From assembly GCA_049970095.1 (NCBI GenBank), contig JBMFNP010000004.1:1-58523 (forward strand): a stretch of 58,523 nucleotides of DNA, given 5' to 3'. The notes beneath the pieces are model-generated. The model was not told the DNA's origin. It saw only the letters and a program-made list of their open reading frames with translations, and searched no databases. The position numbers and the translations under genes were made by a program. Below, piece by piece: positions 17,370 to 27,800 of the stretch; position 1 is the stretch's first letter; each line of letters opens with the position of its first letter. The stretch comes from Thermoplasmata archaeon. Its GTDB lineage: Archaea > Thermoplasmatota > Thermoplasmata > Lutacidiplasmatales > SKW197.

Positions 17370-18647
17370 CTAGGCATTTAATTTTTCCCCCATTGCAATA
17401 TCCATCATTGTAAGTCCAGAAAGCATCTTTGGATAGAAATCAGTGCTTTTTTCTGGCATTCGCTCACGGTTTTTAGCAATTTCCAGCACCTGCTCCGGCC
17501 TTGTTGCATTTACAAGGAATGCCACTTTACCTCTTCCGCTATTTACCTTACCTATTGCTTCATCAATCCACCTGCAATAGTCAATGTCCACATCAATTTT
17601 CAAATCCCTTGCATCCATTATCCCTTCAAACACCACATCTCTGAGAACCACAACATCAAGCCGCTTGTAGGCTTCACTGTAATCTGGCTTGAAGAATGGA
17701 TGCACATGCTCAATTCCCTTGAGAACCATGCCCAGATACTGCTTCCCATCATATGCTACAAAGCAGATTTTTTTCCTGTTTTGTTCAAGAAAGCTCTCAA
17801 TATTCTGTCTGGTCAGAGCGGTGACATCAAAGTATTTCTGGATTTCAGAAAGATGGCTTTTAACCAATGACTTCTGAAGGAGAACTCTGTGTCCTGGGAG
17901 GATTACGAGCCCTGGGTCGTTCACAGGCACAAGCAGGGCCATGTAGAAATTGAAGGCATCATCATTGCTCCATGAATATTTTGCCCTCAATTCATCCCTG
18001 AAACTAACTGCAGTTTCATATCTATGATGTCCATCTGCAATCACAACCTGTTTATCCTTCAACACCTTCTGAATTCTTTCTATATCTGCTGGATCCTCAA
18101 TTTTCCATACCCTGTTTCTCACACCATATTCATCTACAACTTCCATCAAGGGTTTTTCCTTTGTATATTTCTCAAAAATCTTTACCGTTTCGTTGTTTTC
18201 ATCTGGATATAGCATAAACCCCGGCTCAAGATTTTTCATTGTAGCCCTGAGCATATTCAGGCGGTCAATTTTTGGTCCTGCATGTGTTTTCTCATGAGGA
18301 AGCACCACACCCTCTGAAAATGGATAAAGTCTCACCGCACAGATCATACCCCTTCTCAAGTACTTCCTGCCAAGCACTTCAAATTCCTGATAATACACAT
18401 ATATCCCAGGCTTTTCATCCTTCCTGAAAATTCCTTCAGCGAGAAATTTTTCAAGTCGCTGTTTTGCAATCTCATATCTATTTTTCTCTATGGGTAGCAC
18501 CAACCTGCAATAATTGAATTCTGATTTTGCGTAATAGTTTTTTTGCATTTCAGGGGAAATTTTATCGTATGGCTGGGTAACAAGGTTTTCAAGTGCTCCA
18601 GCTTTTGGTGTGTAGCGGATTGCAGGAAATGCCCTTATTTCCACCAT
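17370..18647 (-). CDS. DUF1015-family protein
   Basis: FPAIRY...TQPYDKIS and ADGHHRYETA motifs. ATG 18647 avoids overlap with serA. Confidence 0.75.
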   Translation of the reverse strand: MVEIRAFPAIRYTPKAGALENLVTQPYDKISPEMQKNYYAKSEFNYCRLVLPIEKNRYEIAKQRLEKFLAEGIFRKDEKPGIYVYYQEFEVLGRKYLRRGMICAVRLYPFSEGVVLPHEKTHAGPKIDRLNMLRATMKNLEPGFMLYPDENNETVKIFEKYTKEKPLMEVVDEYGVRNRVWKIEDPADIERIQKVLKDKQVVIADGHHRYETAVSFRDELRAKYSWSNDDAFNFYMALLVPVNDPGLVILPGHRVLLQKSLVKSHLSEIQKYFDVTALTRQNIESFLEQNRKKICFVAYDGKQYLGMVLKGIEHVHPFFKPDYSEAYKRLDVVVLRDVVFEGIMDARDLKIDVDIDYCRWIDEAIGKVNSGRGKVAFLVNATRPEQVLEIAKNRERMPEKSTDFYPKMLSGLTMMDIAMGEKLNA

Positions 18648-18651
18648 TTTC

Positions 18652-19563
18652 TTAACTCCTGAGCGCTTCAATCACCCGTTCTGCAATTTGCACACCTGCC
18701 CTTTGCTGGCCCTCATGCGTCTGGGCGCCTATGTGCGGTGTAAGGGAGACATTTGGCAGGGTTGCCAGCTTATGAATTCCTGTGGGTGGTTCCTCACTGA
18801 ATACATCAATTCCTGCAGCCCTTACTTTGCCAGATCTAAGAGCATCATAGAGTGCATCCTCATCCACAATACCTCCCCTTGCACAATTCACAATGATGAC
18901 ACCATCCTTGCACTTTGCCAGTTCTTTCTTCCCAATCATGTTCTTTGTTTCTGGTGTCAATGGAAGGTGGATTGAGATAAAATCTGAGTTTGCAAGGAGT
19001 TCTTCAAGTGAGGAGACAAGAGAGACACCAGGTATTCCAGGATCTTTTGCACTTTTTCTGAAGGCAATTACTTTCATTCCCATTGCTACTGCAATCCTGG
19101 CGGTTTCACTTCCAATTCTTCCAATACCTATCAACCCGAGAGTTTTGCCCCCGAGTTCCACACCCTCAAGCGCTTTCTTTTCCCACTTGCCAGCAGCCAT
19201 TGTGGTAGTTCCATAACCTATACCCCTTGCAGCAGCAATCATGTGTCCTATTGCAAGCTCAGCTACACTTCTTGAGGTGGCTTCTGGTGTGTTCACAACT
19301 TTTATTCCTTTTGATTTTGCATATTCAGCATCCACATTATCAAGTCCGACACCAGCTCTCCCGATTACCTTGAGTTTTGGTGCTGCATCAATCAGTGCTT
19401 TTGTCACCTTTGTTGCACTCCTAACTATGATTGCGTGGCAATCCTTAATGAGTTCTGGTAGTTGTTCTTTCGGAGCATCCCAGCCCTCTATCACCTCATA
19501 ACCTGCGTCCTTAAGCTTCTGGATACCTTCCTTTGCAATTTTGTCTGCAATTAACACCTTCAT
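18652..19563 (-). CDS. serA: D-3-phosphoglycerate dehydrogenase / D-2-hydroxyacid dehydrogenase family
   Basis: GLIGIGRIGSETA Rossmann motif, plus ARGGIVDE and TPHIGAQT. Confidence 0.85.
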   Translation of the reverse strand: MKVLIADKIAKEGIQKLKDAGYEVIEGWDAPKEQLPELIKDCHAIIVRSATKVTKALIDAAPKLKVIGRAGVGLDNVDAEYAKSKGIKVVNTPEATSRSVAELAIGHMIAAARGIGYGTTTMAAGKWEKKALEGVELGGKTLGLIGIGRIGSETARIAVAMGMKVIAFRKSAKDPGIPGVSLVSSLEELLANSDFISIHLPLTPETKNMIGKKELAKCKDGVIIVNCARGGIVDEDALYDALRSGKVRAAGIDVFSEEPPTGIHKLATLPNVSLTPHIGAQTHEGQQRAGVQIAERVIEALRS

Positions 19564-19565
19564 AT

Positions 19566-20642
19566 TTACAGCCCCCAGATATCTTCAATGTTGAGCAGTA
19601 ATGCCCGTATCTCATCAGGTGTCCAGTCACCCATATGTCCTATTCTGAATGTCTTGTCCTTCAGGGCACCATATCCATTGGAAATCTGGTAGCCTCGCTT
19701 TCCCAGTGCTTTGTTCAACTCTCCAATGTTCTTGTTAAGATTGTTCTTAAGTGTGCTCACGGTTATGGATTCATAACCATGCTCTGGGAAAATTTCAATT
19801 CCATGTTCCGTTGCCCATTTGCGTGTCATTTCTGCCATTGCCAGATGTCTCTCGTATCTCTTCTGTGCGGTTTCTGCAAGCATTCTATCTAACTGGTAAT
19901 CCAGTGCATACATTAGAGAGATGTTTGGGGTTGTGGGATTCTGTTTTTTCTTTGCATAATAATCAAAGATTGCAATCAGGTCTGTATAATGCCCTCTCCC
20001 CGGTACCTGCTTTGCCCTCTCCAGTGCTGCATCAGAGACAATCCCTATTGAAAGCCCGGGTGGAAGTGCAAAACATTTCTGGGTAGATGTGAATATAATG
20101 TCTGCATTCATTACATCAGGTTCAATCAGATCTCCGCCTGCAGAAGATACGGTGTCCACCACAATCATTATCTCTGGGTGTTCTTTTTTTACCGCATTAC
20201 AGATTTCGTTTGCAGGAGTTCTAACTCCCGTGGATGTTTCGTTCTGGCAGAATGCAAGTGTGTCATAATTCCCGCTAGCCAGGCGTTCAAGTACCATCTG
20301 AGGTTTTATTGCCTTTCCCCAGTCAACAACCAGTGCATCAACATCTTTCCCGCAATCCTTGATTGTGAGATACATTCTCTCTGAAAATGCGCCATTCACA
20401 CAAGCCAGTGCCTTCTTTTTTACCATGTTCCTGCCTGTAATGTCCATCCAGATTGTACCAGATGCTGTGAGTACTGTTATGTTTCGCTTGGTGTTGAAAT
20501 ATTTCTGGAGTTTTTCTATAATTCCAGTGTAGAGTTTTGTATATTCATCACTTCTGTGTCCAATCATGGGTTTTGTCTGCTGGAGAAGCACTTCTGGCAA
20601 TACATCTGTTGGACCTGGTATTAATAATCTTTTGTGTGCCAT
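19566..20642 (-). CDS. Class V aminotransferase (phosphoserine/serine-glyoxylate type)
   Basis: LIPGPT N-terminus and the STQKCFALPPG PLP-lysine region. Adjacent to serA. Confidence 0.85.
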   Translation of the reverse strand: MAHKRLLIPGPTDVLPEVLLQQTKPMIGHRSDEYTKLYTGIIEKLQKYFNTKRNITVLTASGTIWMDITGRNMVKKKALACVNGAFSERMYLTIKDCGKDVDALVVDWGKAIKPQMVLERLASGNYDTLAFCQNETSTGVRTPANEICNAVKKEHPEIMIVVDTVSSAGGDLIEPDVMNADIIFTSTQKCFALPPGLSIGIVSDAALERAKQVPGRGHYTDLIAIFDYYAKKKQNPTTPNISLMYALDYQLDRMLAETAQKRYERHLAMAEMTRKWATEHGIEIFPEHGYESITVSTLKNNLNKNIGELNKALGKRGYQISNGYGALKDKTFRIGHMGDWTPDEIRALLLNIEDIWGL

Positions 20643-20739
20643 TTATATCACCGAAATTTGGTAAATCAATGAGATAATTAAACTTTCCTCCGAGGGTAAG
20701 CAAGGCAAGAAATATATTTATGGGAGATTATTATGGTTT

Positions 20740-21804
20740 ATGGAAAATGCAATTGTGTACTGTGAGGGAAAATTCGGGACATACACAGGCAAAACTGCAA
20801 ATGGACTTGTTAGATACTCAAAGCGTTTCAAAATTTGTGGTGTGATTGACAGCAGAAATGCTGGAAAAGATGCGGGTGAAGTTTTAGATGGAGTGAAAAA
20901 GGGAATTCCCATATATCCATCACTTGAAAGTGCGCTGGCAGATACAGAAAATGTAAAGTACTTCATAATAGGCGTGGCAACAATAGGAGGACTTTTACCA
21001 CCGGAATACCGAGAGGTTGTGAAAAAGGCAATTGAACACAAACTCAACATTGTTTCTGGGCTTCATGAATATCTTTCTGAAGACAAAGAACTCACTGCAC
21101 TGGCTGAGAAATACGGGATAAATCTAATAGATGTGAGAAAACCAAAACCATTAAAGGAGATGCACCAATTCCGAAATCTTTCAAAAACTCTGCAATGCCT
21201 CAGAATTCCTGTGCTTGGCACAGATGGTTCTATAGGTAAGAGAACCACTGCCCTCATACTTACAGACGCACTGAATGCCAGTGGAATAAAAACTGTTTTT
21301 GTAGCTACAGGGCAAACAGGGTTGATGCAGGGCTCTGAATATGGTGTTCCATTAGATTCAATTAAGGGAGATTACATGGTGGGGGAGCTGGAGGCAGAAA
21401 TCGTAAGAGCATACAACGAAAAGAAGCCAGATGTAATTGTGGTTGAAGGGCAGGGGAGTATCTCACATCCGGCATATGTATGCGGCACAAGGGCAATTAT
21501 AATGGCTGCGCAGCCTACTGGTATCGTTTGCCAGCATGCACCAAAAAGAAAATACAGAAACTTTGGAAAGGATACATTGAAACTCCCGATGCCAGACCTC
21601 CACAAAGAAATCGCAATGCTTGAAATGTTTTCTGAGGCAAAGGTTTTTGCAATAACCTTGAACCATGAAAATATGACAAAAGAGGAAGTGGAAGAGTATG
21701 TAAAAATTTACGAAAAAGATTTTGGCCTGCCCTGCTGTGATGTGCTTCTACACGGTGCTGCAAAGATAGTGGAGGCAATAAAGAGAATGCTTGGCAGAGC
21801 ATAG
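20740..21804 (+). CDS. DUF1611-family protein (P-loop-like GTDGSIGKRTT)
   Basis: Length and motifs fit DUF1611. The last 97 nt are overlapped antisense by the giant gene. Confidence 0.75.
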   Translation: MENAIVYCEGKFGTYTGKTANGLVRYSKRFKICGVIDSRNAGKDAGEVLDGVKKGIPIYPSLESALADTENVKYFIIGVATIGGLLPPEYREVVKKAIEHKLNIVSGLHEYLSEDKELTALAEKYGINLIDVRKPKPLKEMHQFRNLSKTLQCLRIPVLGTDGSIGKRTTALILTDALNASGIKTVFVATGQTGLMQGSEYGVPLDSIKGDYMVGELEAEIVRAYNEKKPDVIVVEGQGSISHPAYVCGTRAIIMAAQPTGIVCQHAPKRKYRNFGKDTLKLPMPDLHKEIAMLEMFSEAKVFAITLNHENMTKEEVEEYVKIYEKDFGLPCCDVLLHGAAKIVEAIKRMLGRA

Positions 21805-24800
21805 CCAGTGAATCCAGGGGCTGACAAACCTTTTTGTGAGTGCACAATTGCTGCTGCGTTCTCAGTATTTTGCTGGATGGCTTGTGTGCTGGGTGTTGAG
21901 GAAATTGGTTGCTCAGGTGCGTGTGTCTGGAGAGCCTCTATCTTCTGTGTTTGCTGTGCGCCATGAATTATTGTCTCCCCGAACACCTTGAGGTCATCAA
22001 TGTAAAGGCCACCAAAGCCCACATTGCTTGCATAGTGGTTTTGCAGTGTTGAATTTGTGACTACACGGAATCGTAGCAGAATTACAGAACCTCTCCAGCC
22101 TGATAAATCCACATTCAACCTGTAGAGTGATTTTGCAGGTACCCAGTATTGCTTGTCTCCAGGTTCGGTTATGCCTGTATAACTTGTGCCTGATGGCATT
22201 CCTTGTTGCGTTCCCTCTGTACCCGATACATTCCAACCGCTACGCACTCCCAGACAAATTGGCTGCCAGCTAACTCCGTTATCTGCACTCACCTCTACCC
22301 TGAACCCATCTGGAGGTCTCCCTGTGCCCTGTGTTCCCCAGTTTATATTGAATCTGAAGTAGGCAGCAAGTGTAGCATTTCTCGCATTTGTGAGGTCTAT
22401 AGGTCTTGTAATCAAGCTGTTATCAATTCCTCCGCTAAAGTATCCAGTATTGGTATTACCATTCCACCAGACACCCACACCTCTGTGCGCCCTATTACTG
22501 TCCTGCACATACACCCACTGGTCTGCTATGTTTGCAGTATTACTAACACTGTTCTTTCTTGTAATCTTTACCTCCACATCATCTATGTACCAATAACCAT
22601 TCGCACCTGCACCACCAAAAAGATACTGGAAAGCAACCTTTATCTGTCTGCTACCACTTGAAGGAATGTACTTTGTGAGGTTGACTTCGCCATATTCCCA
22701 GTCCCCAGAGCCTCCTCCACTGTTTCCAGAATACACCCAGTTTATCCAGTTCCCATAACCATCCCTGAACATAAACAGGAGGGTGTTTGTAGGATAGGGT
22801 TTTGTGGGGTTTACATACTCATATCTCCACCCACTATCACTAGTGCCCACCATTATTATGCCACCATTGAAAAAGGGAACTAAACTGAACTTATGATAGA
22901 ATGAAAGCGTTGCAGATTCCATGCTTGCGTCAAGGGTGATTGCAGGTGTCTGTGTGTAATTACACCCATCAGTATCCTTTGGCTGATAGAGATCTATTAC
23001 AAGGGGTTGTGGAGAGTTGTGTGCCATTGGTACAATTCCTGCACCTCCGCCTCCGCCAACGAGAGTTGCACCTTCAAATGGGAGAATTGTGTGTATCCAG
23101 CAGTTACCTCCACCTCCAAATATATAAAGAAACCTGCTAGTGGCAGAATACTGCCATGCATAGTTATTGTCACCGAAGTGTGTATGTCTTTCATCTATTG
23201 TTGTGGATGGATTGTCTGCCACATTGTTGAGCTGCCACACAATTGAACCGCCTTCTGCGAAAGAGATGCTATCAATTCCAAAATATCCACCATTTCCTAC
23301 ATTTGCCTGGAATGAAATTCTGTGTGCACCCCATGGTAGAGAAATTGGCCCACTTACTGGTTGCCAGCTACCACTATCCATCCTATACTGAATATTACTG
23401 ATTGTGCCTGATGTTGTGTAAGTGAGTGTGAAATTGAATGTGCTAACATAGTCAATGCTATTTGAGTTGACATTTGCGTTGGCAGTGCTACCCAATATCG
23501 GTAAACTTGGATTTATTGTTACTGTATCTCCTTTTCCAAAGGTGAAGTGCTGATACTCGTTCTGAAGAAGCACATCTTTGGAAGGTACACCGTACACACA
23601 TGGAGAGCCAATTGTATAATGCCCTGGTGTTTCATCACTTGGCACATACTGAACTACAGAATCCACACCAAAGGTATCCGGTGAGTAATAACCAGTATAA
23701 TCTGTGCTGAAAGAAGTACCGCTAAACTGGTCCTGTCCAAAAATCACACGAACTGGTTGTGTTGATGTAATGTGGAACACATGGAGGTTACTATCGCCTG
23801 GTGGGTTGTTTCTGCTAATCACATAGAAACTTTTTGCAGGCACCGTAGCACTTCCGCTCCATGAACCCCCTGCAATTTCCTGAACTGTAACAGTTGCTGC
23901 TGCATTGTTAGGATTTGCTATATAAAATCTCCAGGGCCAGGAGCCCACAGACTTGTAGGTAACACAGTAGTGCTCTGTATCAAGTGAATTTCCACTGACA
24001 CCCATTGCATTATCAATCTCATCATTGTCATTTGAAAGCCGATATAGAATAATATCATTTGTTGCTGTTACATTTGCATAGACAGTGTAATGCCCTGCAT
24101 TCAGTCTTGCCTCACCCCATGCACCCTTACCATTAAGTGTTAGCGTATCTGTTTCAATTACATTTCCATTTTGGTAATTTATCCATCTCACAGTTACGGT
24201 TGTGCTCACTGCAGCAGGATTTATTGCAACCACATGTGTCTCCCAACCAAGCCTATTCCTTATATCTCCCATCACCACGAAATTTTTTCCTATACCCATA
24301 CCATTCTCCCAGTTCGCACAGTTCACATTTGAACCCTCACTTGAAGTTACAACAATCAGCATCGGACCATTGGAAATCACCTTGTAAACTGTCTCTGCGT
24401 TCTGATTCTCATATAATCTTATCTGCCCTGGATTTGTCGTGTTCACATCTATCCTGTCCCATTTAGGTGTAGTTCTGTCAAATCTCCAGAGCGTGTAATT
24501 TGAGGTTTTGTTCACACCCACAAAATAGAAACCCTGATGAAAGCCTGTGGGATCCCATGGGTCAATTGGAAGATAAAATTCATAAATGAAAGGAACCTCA
24601 CCTGCAGGTTCTATCATTCCAAATGCGTTTGGATATGTGTGATAAGTTTTATTTGTGATTGAAAATCCGTGGAGTTTTGTAGTAGCTTTGTCCCAGCCAT
24701 CCCAGTATCTACTTACATATGTATTTACATCGCCTCCGGGGTCAAGATACTCAATTGGAGATTCGCCATTAATTCGCACAACCGTTGCCTCGTGCTTCCA

Positions 24801-27800
24801 GTTCCTTAATATTCTCTGAGTGTCCTCAAGGTCATCATAGAAGTAATACACCTCAATTCTCTGCTCTGCCATATTGTTCGGACGCAGGGGCTCAATTCCA
24901 ATCAGCAACCCCTCTGGGTCTATATGTGCCCTTATTGGCTCAATACCTGCAAACAGTGGTGTCCAGATAACCTCTGCAGTAATCTTGCCATTCTGTGCCT
25001 GTCCATATGCATCCTTATAGCTTGCAGGCACATGCACATTCTGCGAGCCAATTACAGTGTCTCCATCAAGGAAGCGCACAATCACATCTGCATCCCTGCC
25101 ACCCCAATTCGTGAGATTTGCTTTTAGCACATAGGATTCTCCAAGCTGGGGGTTCAATTCTGGCAGAATTATGTACTGTCTCGTGTTTGTGGCTGCAAAA
25201 ATGTCTGGTGGTGTTACTCTCAGTTCTGGCTTGTTGTCCAATTTCCCAAACCAGTGAATTATGCCGTAAAGGAAATCTGCAACTGCGCTGATATTTGTTG
25301 TGTATGCAAGATCAAATGAAAGATAGGCAGCGTGCCAGCTTGCGGGATTTGCTATTCCTGTGCCTACCACATTGTCGCTTGTTCTTGCCCAATAACTTGT
25401 GCCATCTGCCCAGAACAACGGAATTGCATCAGCAATCCTTGTATATGCTCTTACATTATAGGGAGAAAGGGAGGTGTTATCAAAGTTCATGTAAATTCCA
25501 TTTGTCACTGCGTTCTCAAGAACTCCATATACACCTGAACGCTGAACAGTTGTCCCTGTGCTGCTTGCACCCAGTACATTCTGGTAGAAATCTGGTCTTG
25601 CCTGAACAGTGGTATCCGCAAGCACATTTTTCCCGATAAGGAGGAATGAAACCTGGTCCAAGCCTGTATTCAGATAACTCTCAATTACATTAATATCATT
25701 GTTTGTGAGTGTGTTGTAGCCGCTACCGCTTGTGCAGTTCCCTGTAATCCAAATGATGCAACTGTAGTTTGATGCATTGTAAGCAGTATTATCTCTATCT
25801 ACACCTCTTGGTACCTTCTGGATATCCATATCTGTGCCATTCACATATCCCAACGATGTAAGGGCATTAATTACATACTGGGCTACATTTGGGAGCGTTC
25901 CCCCTCCTCCATTTTCCGATGAGGAATCATCGTCCACAACCAACACAGTATATATTACTTCAAGTGTGTAAACACCCACATCTGAAACATACACATTGTT
26001 TGCCTCATTTGTCTCATCTATCTCATTGTCAGGGTCAACAACCACTTTTACAATGTAGCTCCCAACTTTATCCGGAACCCACTGGAATTTTATCAGTTTC
26101 CAGCTTCCATTGCCTGGCAGATCCGTCACATTATCCAGTAATGTTTTCGGCTGGTCATTTATGTACAGCCTAGTTCTAACATTTGTAAGATTTACATCTC
26201 CATTGTTTCTTATCACTGCTGTAATATTAACTGGCTGATTGTATCTGGGTTTAAGTGGTGAAATTGTCTGCCCTGCAACCGCTACATCCTTTCCTGAACG
26301 CATGTCTATTCCTCCAAGCCAGTTAATTACTTTGTAAACTGTAACTGCCTGGTCCCCTGTATCGTTCATGGTTGCAAATTCAAATCCAAAAACCACACTC
26401 CTGTACTCATTATTACTGCTCCCAATTGCTTTATACTGGTATGCTAAAATTCTGGTATTCGTACTATCATTAAACAATGGCTTTGAGCCAGAAACAGGGT
26501 TCAATTGTCTGGCAATTGTAAATGGACTTCTGCTCTGCAACGAAGGATTAAAGCCTGAGGTGTCTATCCATCCCATGCCCGGATTTGTGCCTACAAGTGA
26601 GGAGGGCAGAGGAACTGTACTACTAATACCTCCACCTACCTTGTTGGTAAACCAGGAAGGCACACCTTCAAATATGTTCTGACCAATCAGCCACAATCTA
26701 CCACCGTTATCAAGGAATGTGTTAAGGCTAGTTTGGTCACCTGTGGTCAGGGTGTTATTTGTGCTTCCACCCATCCAGATCACCACATCATAATCTCTCA
26801 GTTTTTTATCGCCTGTGTTGTACCCAGGCCCATCTGCGCCCCCAGATACCACTGCAATATCATATCTGAGATTTGCGGAAAGGAGGGCAGCAGCCATATA
26901 TGAAACAACATCATTACTGCTCCCAGTAAGGGCACCATCATCGTCAACTAACAGAATTTTTGGGGTGACCACAACCGTGATGTTGGCACCCACACCATTC
27001 AGCTTACCTGGCATCACATCTGTAATATTAACCACAATTTTGTGCACACCTCCTGGTTTTGCCTCCCAGTACGCGAAGGCAAGGCTCTGCCCGTAACCCG
27101 CAACAGAGAAGTTTGTAATTGTGTAATTCCATATCTCCCTGCCATCAAAATAATCCCTAAATGTGATATTTGAAGATTCCGCAGCCCTTGCCTTCATATT
27201 CTTAATTACCGCTGTGATGGTAACATTGTCGCCTCTCGTGGGTGAATGGTTGCTTAAAATAATTCTGTCAACAACAAGCAGGGGTAAACCCTCACCAGTA
27301 ATCACATTTATTGTAATCTGAGCAATGGACTTGTGGCTCTTGTTGTCCGTGGCATTGATTATGCCTGTGTATTTGCCTGGGAGTACTGAGGGAGAAAGCG
27401 AGAGATTGTCTGTCATGAATTTCCAGCCACCAGTGTGGTTCATTTTTATAGGAGTTTTGAATGTGGTATTGTCCAATTTCCAGAGGTCTATGTATACGGA
27501 GTCGTAGTTGAGGTCACTATCTTTAACAATTACCCATACCTTGAAAGATTTGCCTGTCTCCACAATTTCAGGCTCGGTGCCCCTTTCCAGGATTTGTGGA
27601 GGTGCATTTATATCTTTTCCAGGGAGAACTCCCTGCCACACAATCAGGTTTTTCACATTATCAATCACCTGGACTGTAACATTGGAAATAACTGAATGAG
27701 TGGTTGGCGTCTTCCATCTCCATACCTCACCAGGCTCCCAGAAATCACCAAGGTTAACAAGGGAATCAGAGACATTTCTTATAAACACCGCAGGAGGTAA

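Noticed and set aside
22323-22335. A diversity-generating retroelement (DGR) as the source of the hypervariable patch.
   Set aside because: The substitutions are not restricted to adenine positions. The patch is only 13 nt. No reverse transcriptase or template repeat is present in the window.
22203-25639. Sets of duplicated 60-150-aa plus-strand ORFs, for example 22203..22661 = 28603..29058 and 24137..24466 = 30534..30863.
   Set aside because: They are duplicated only because they lie antisense inside the 3.39-kb repeat of the giant genes. They have no start or RBS context and no recognisable motifs.
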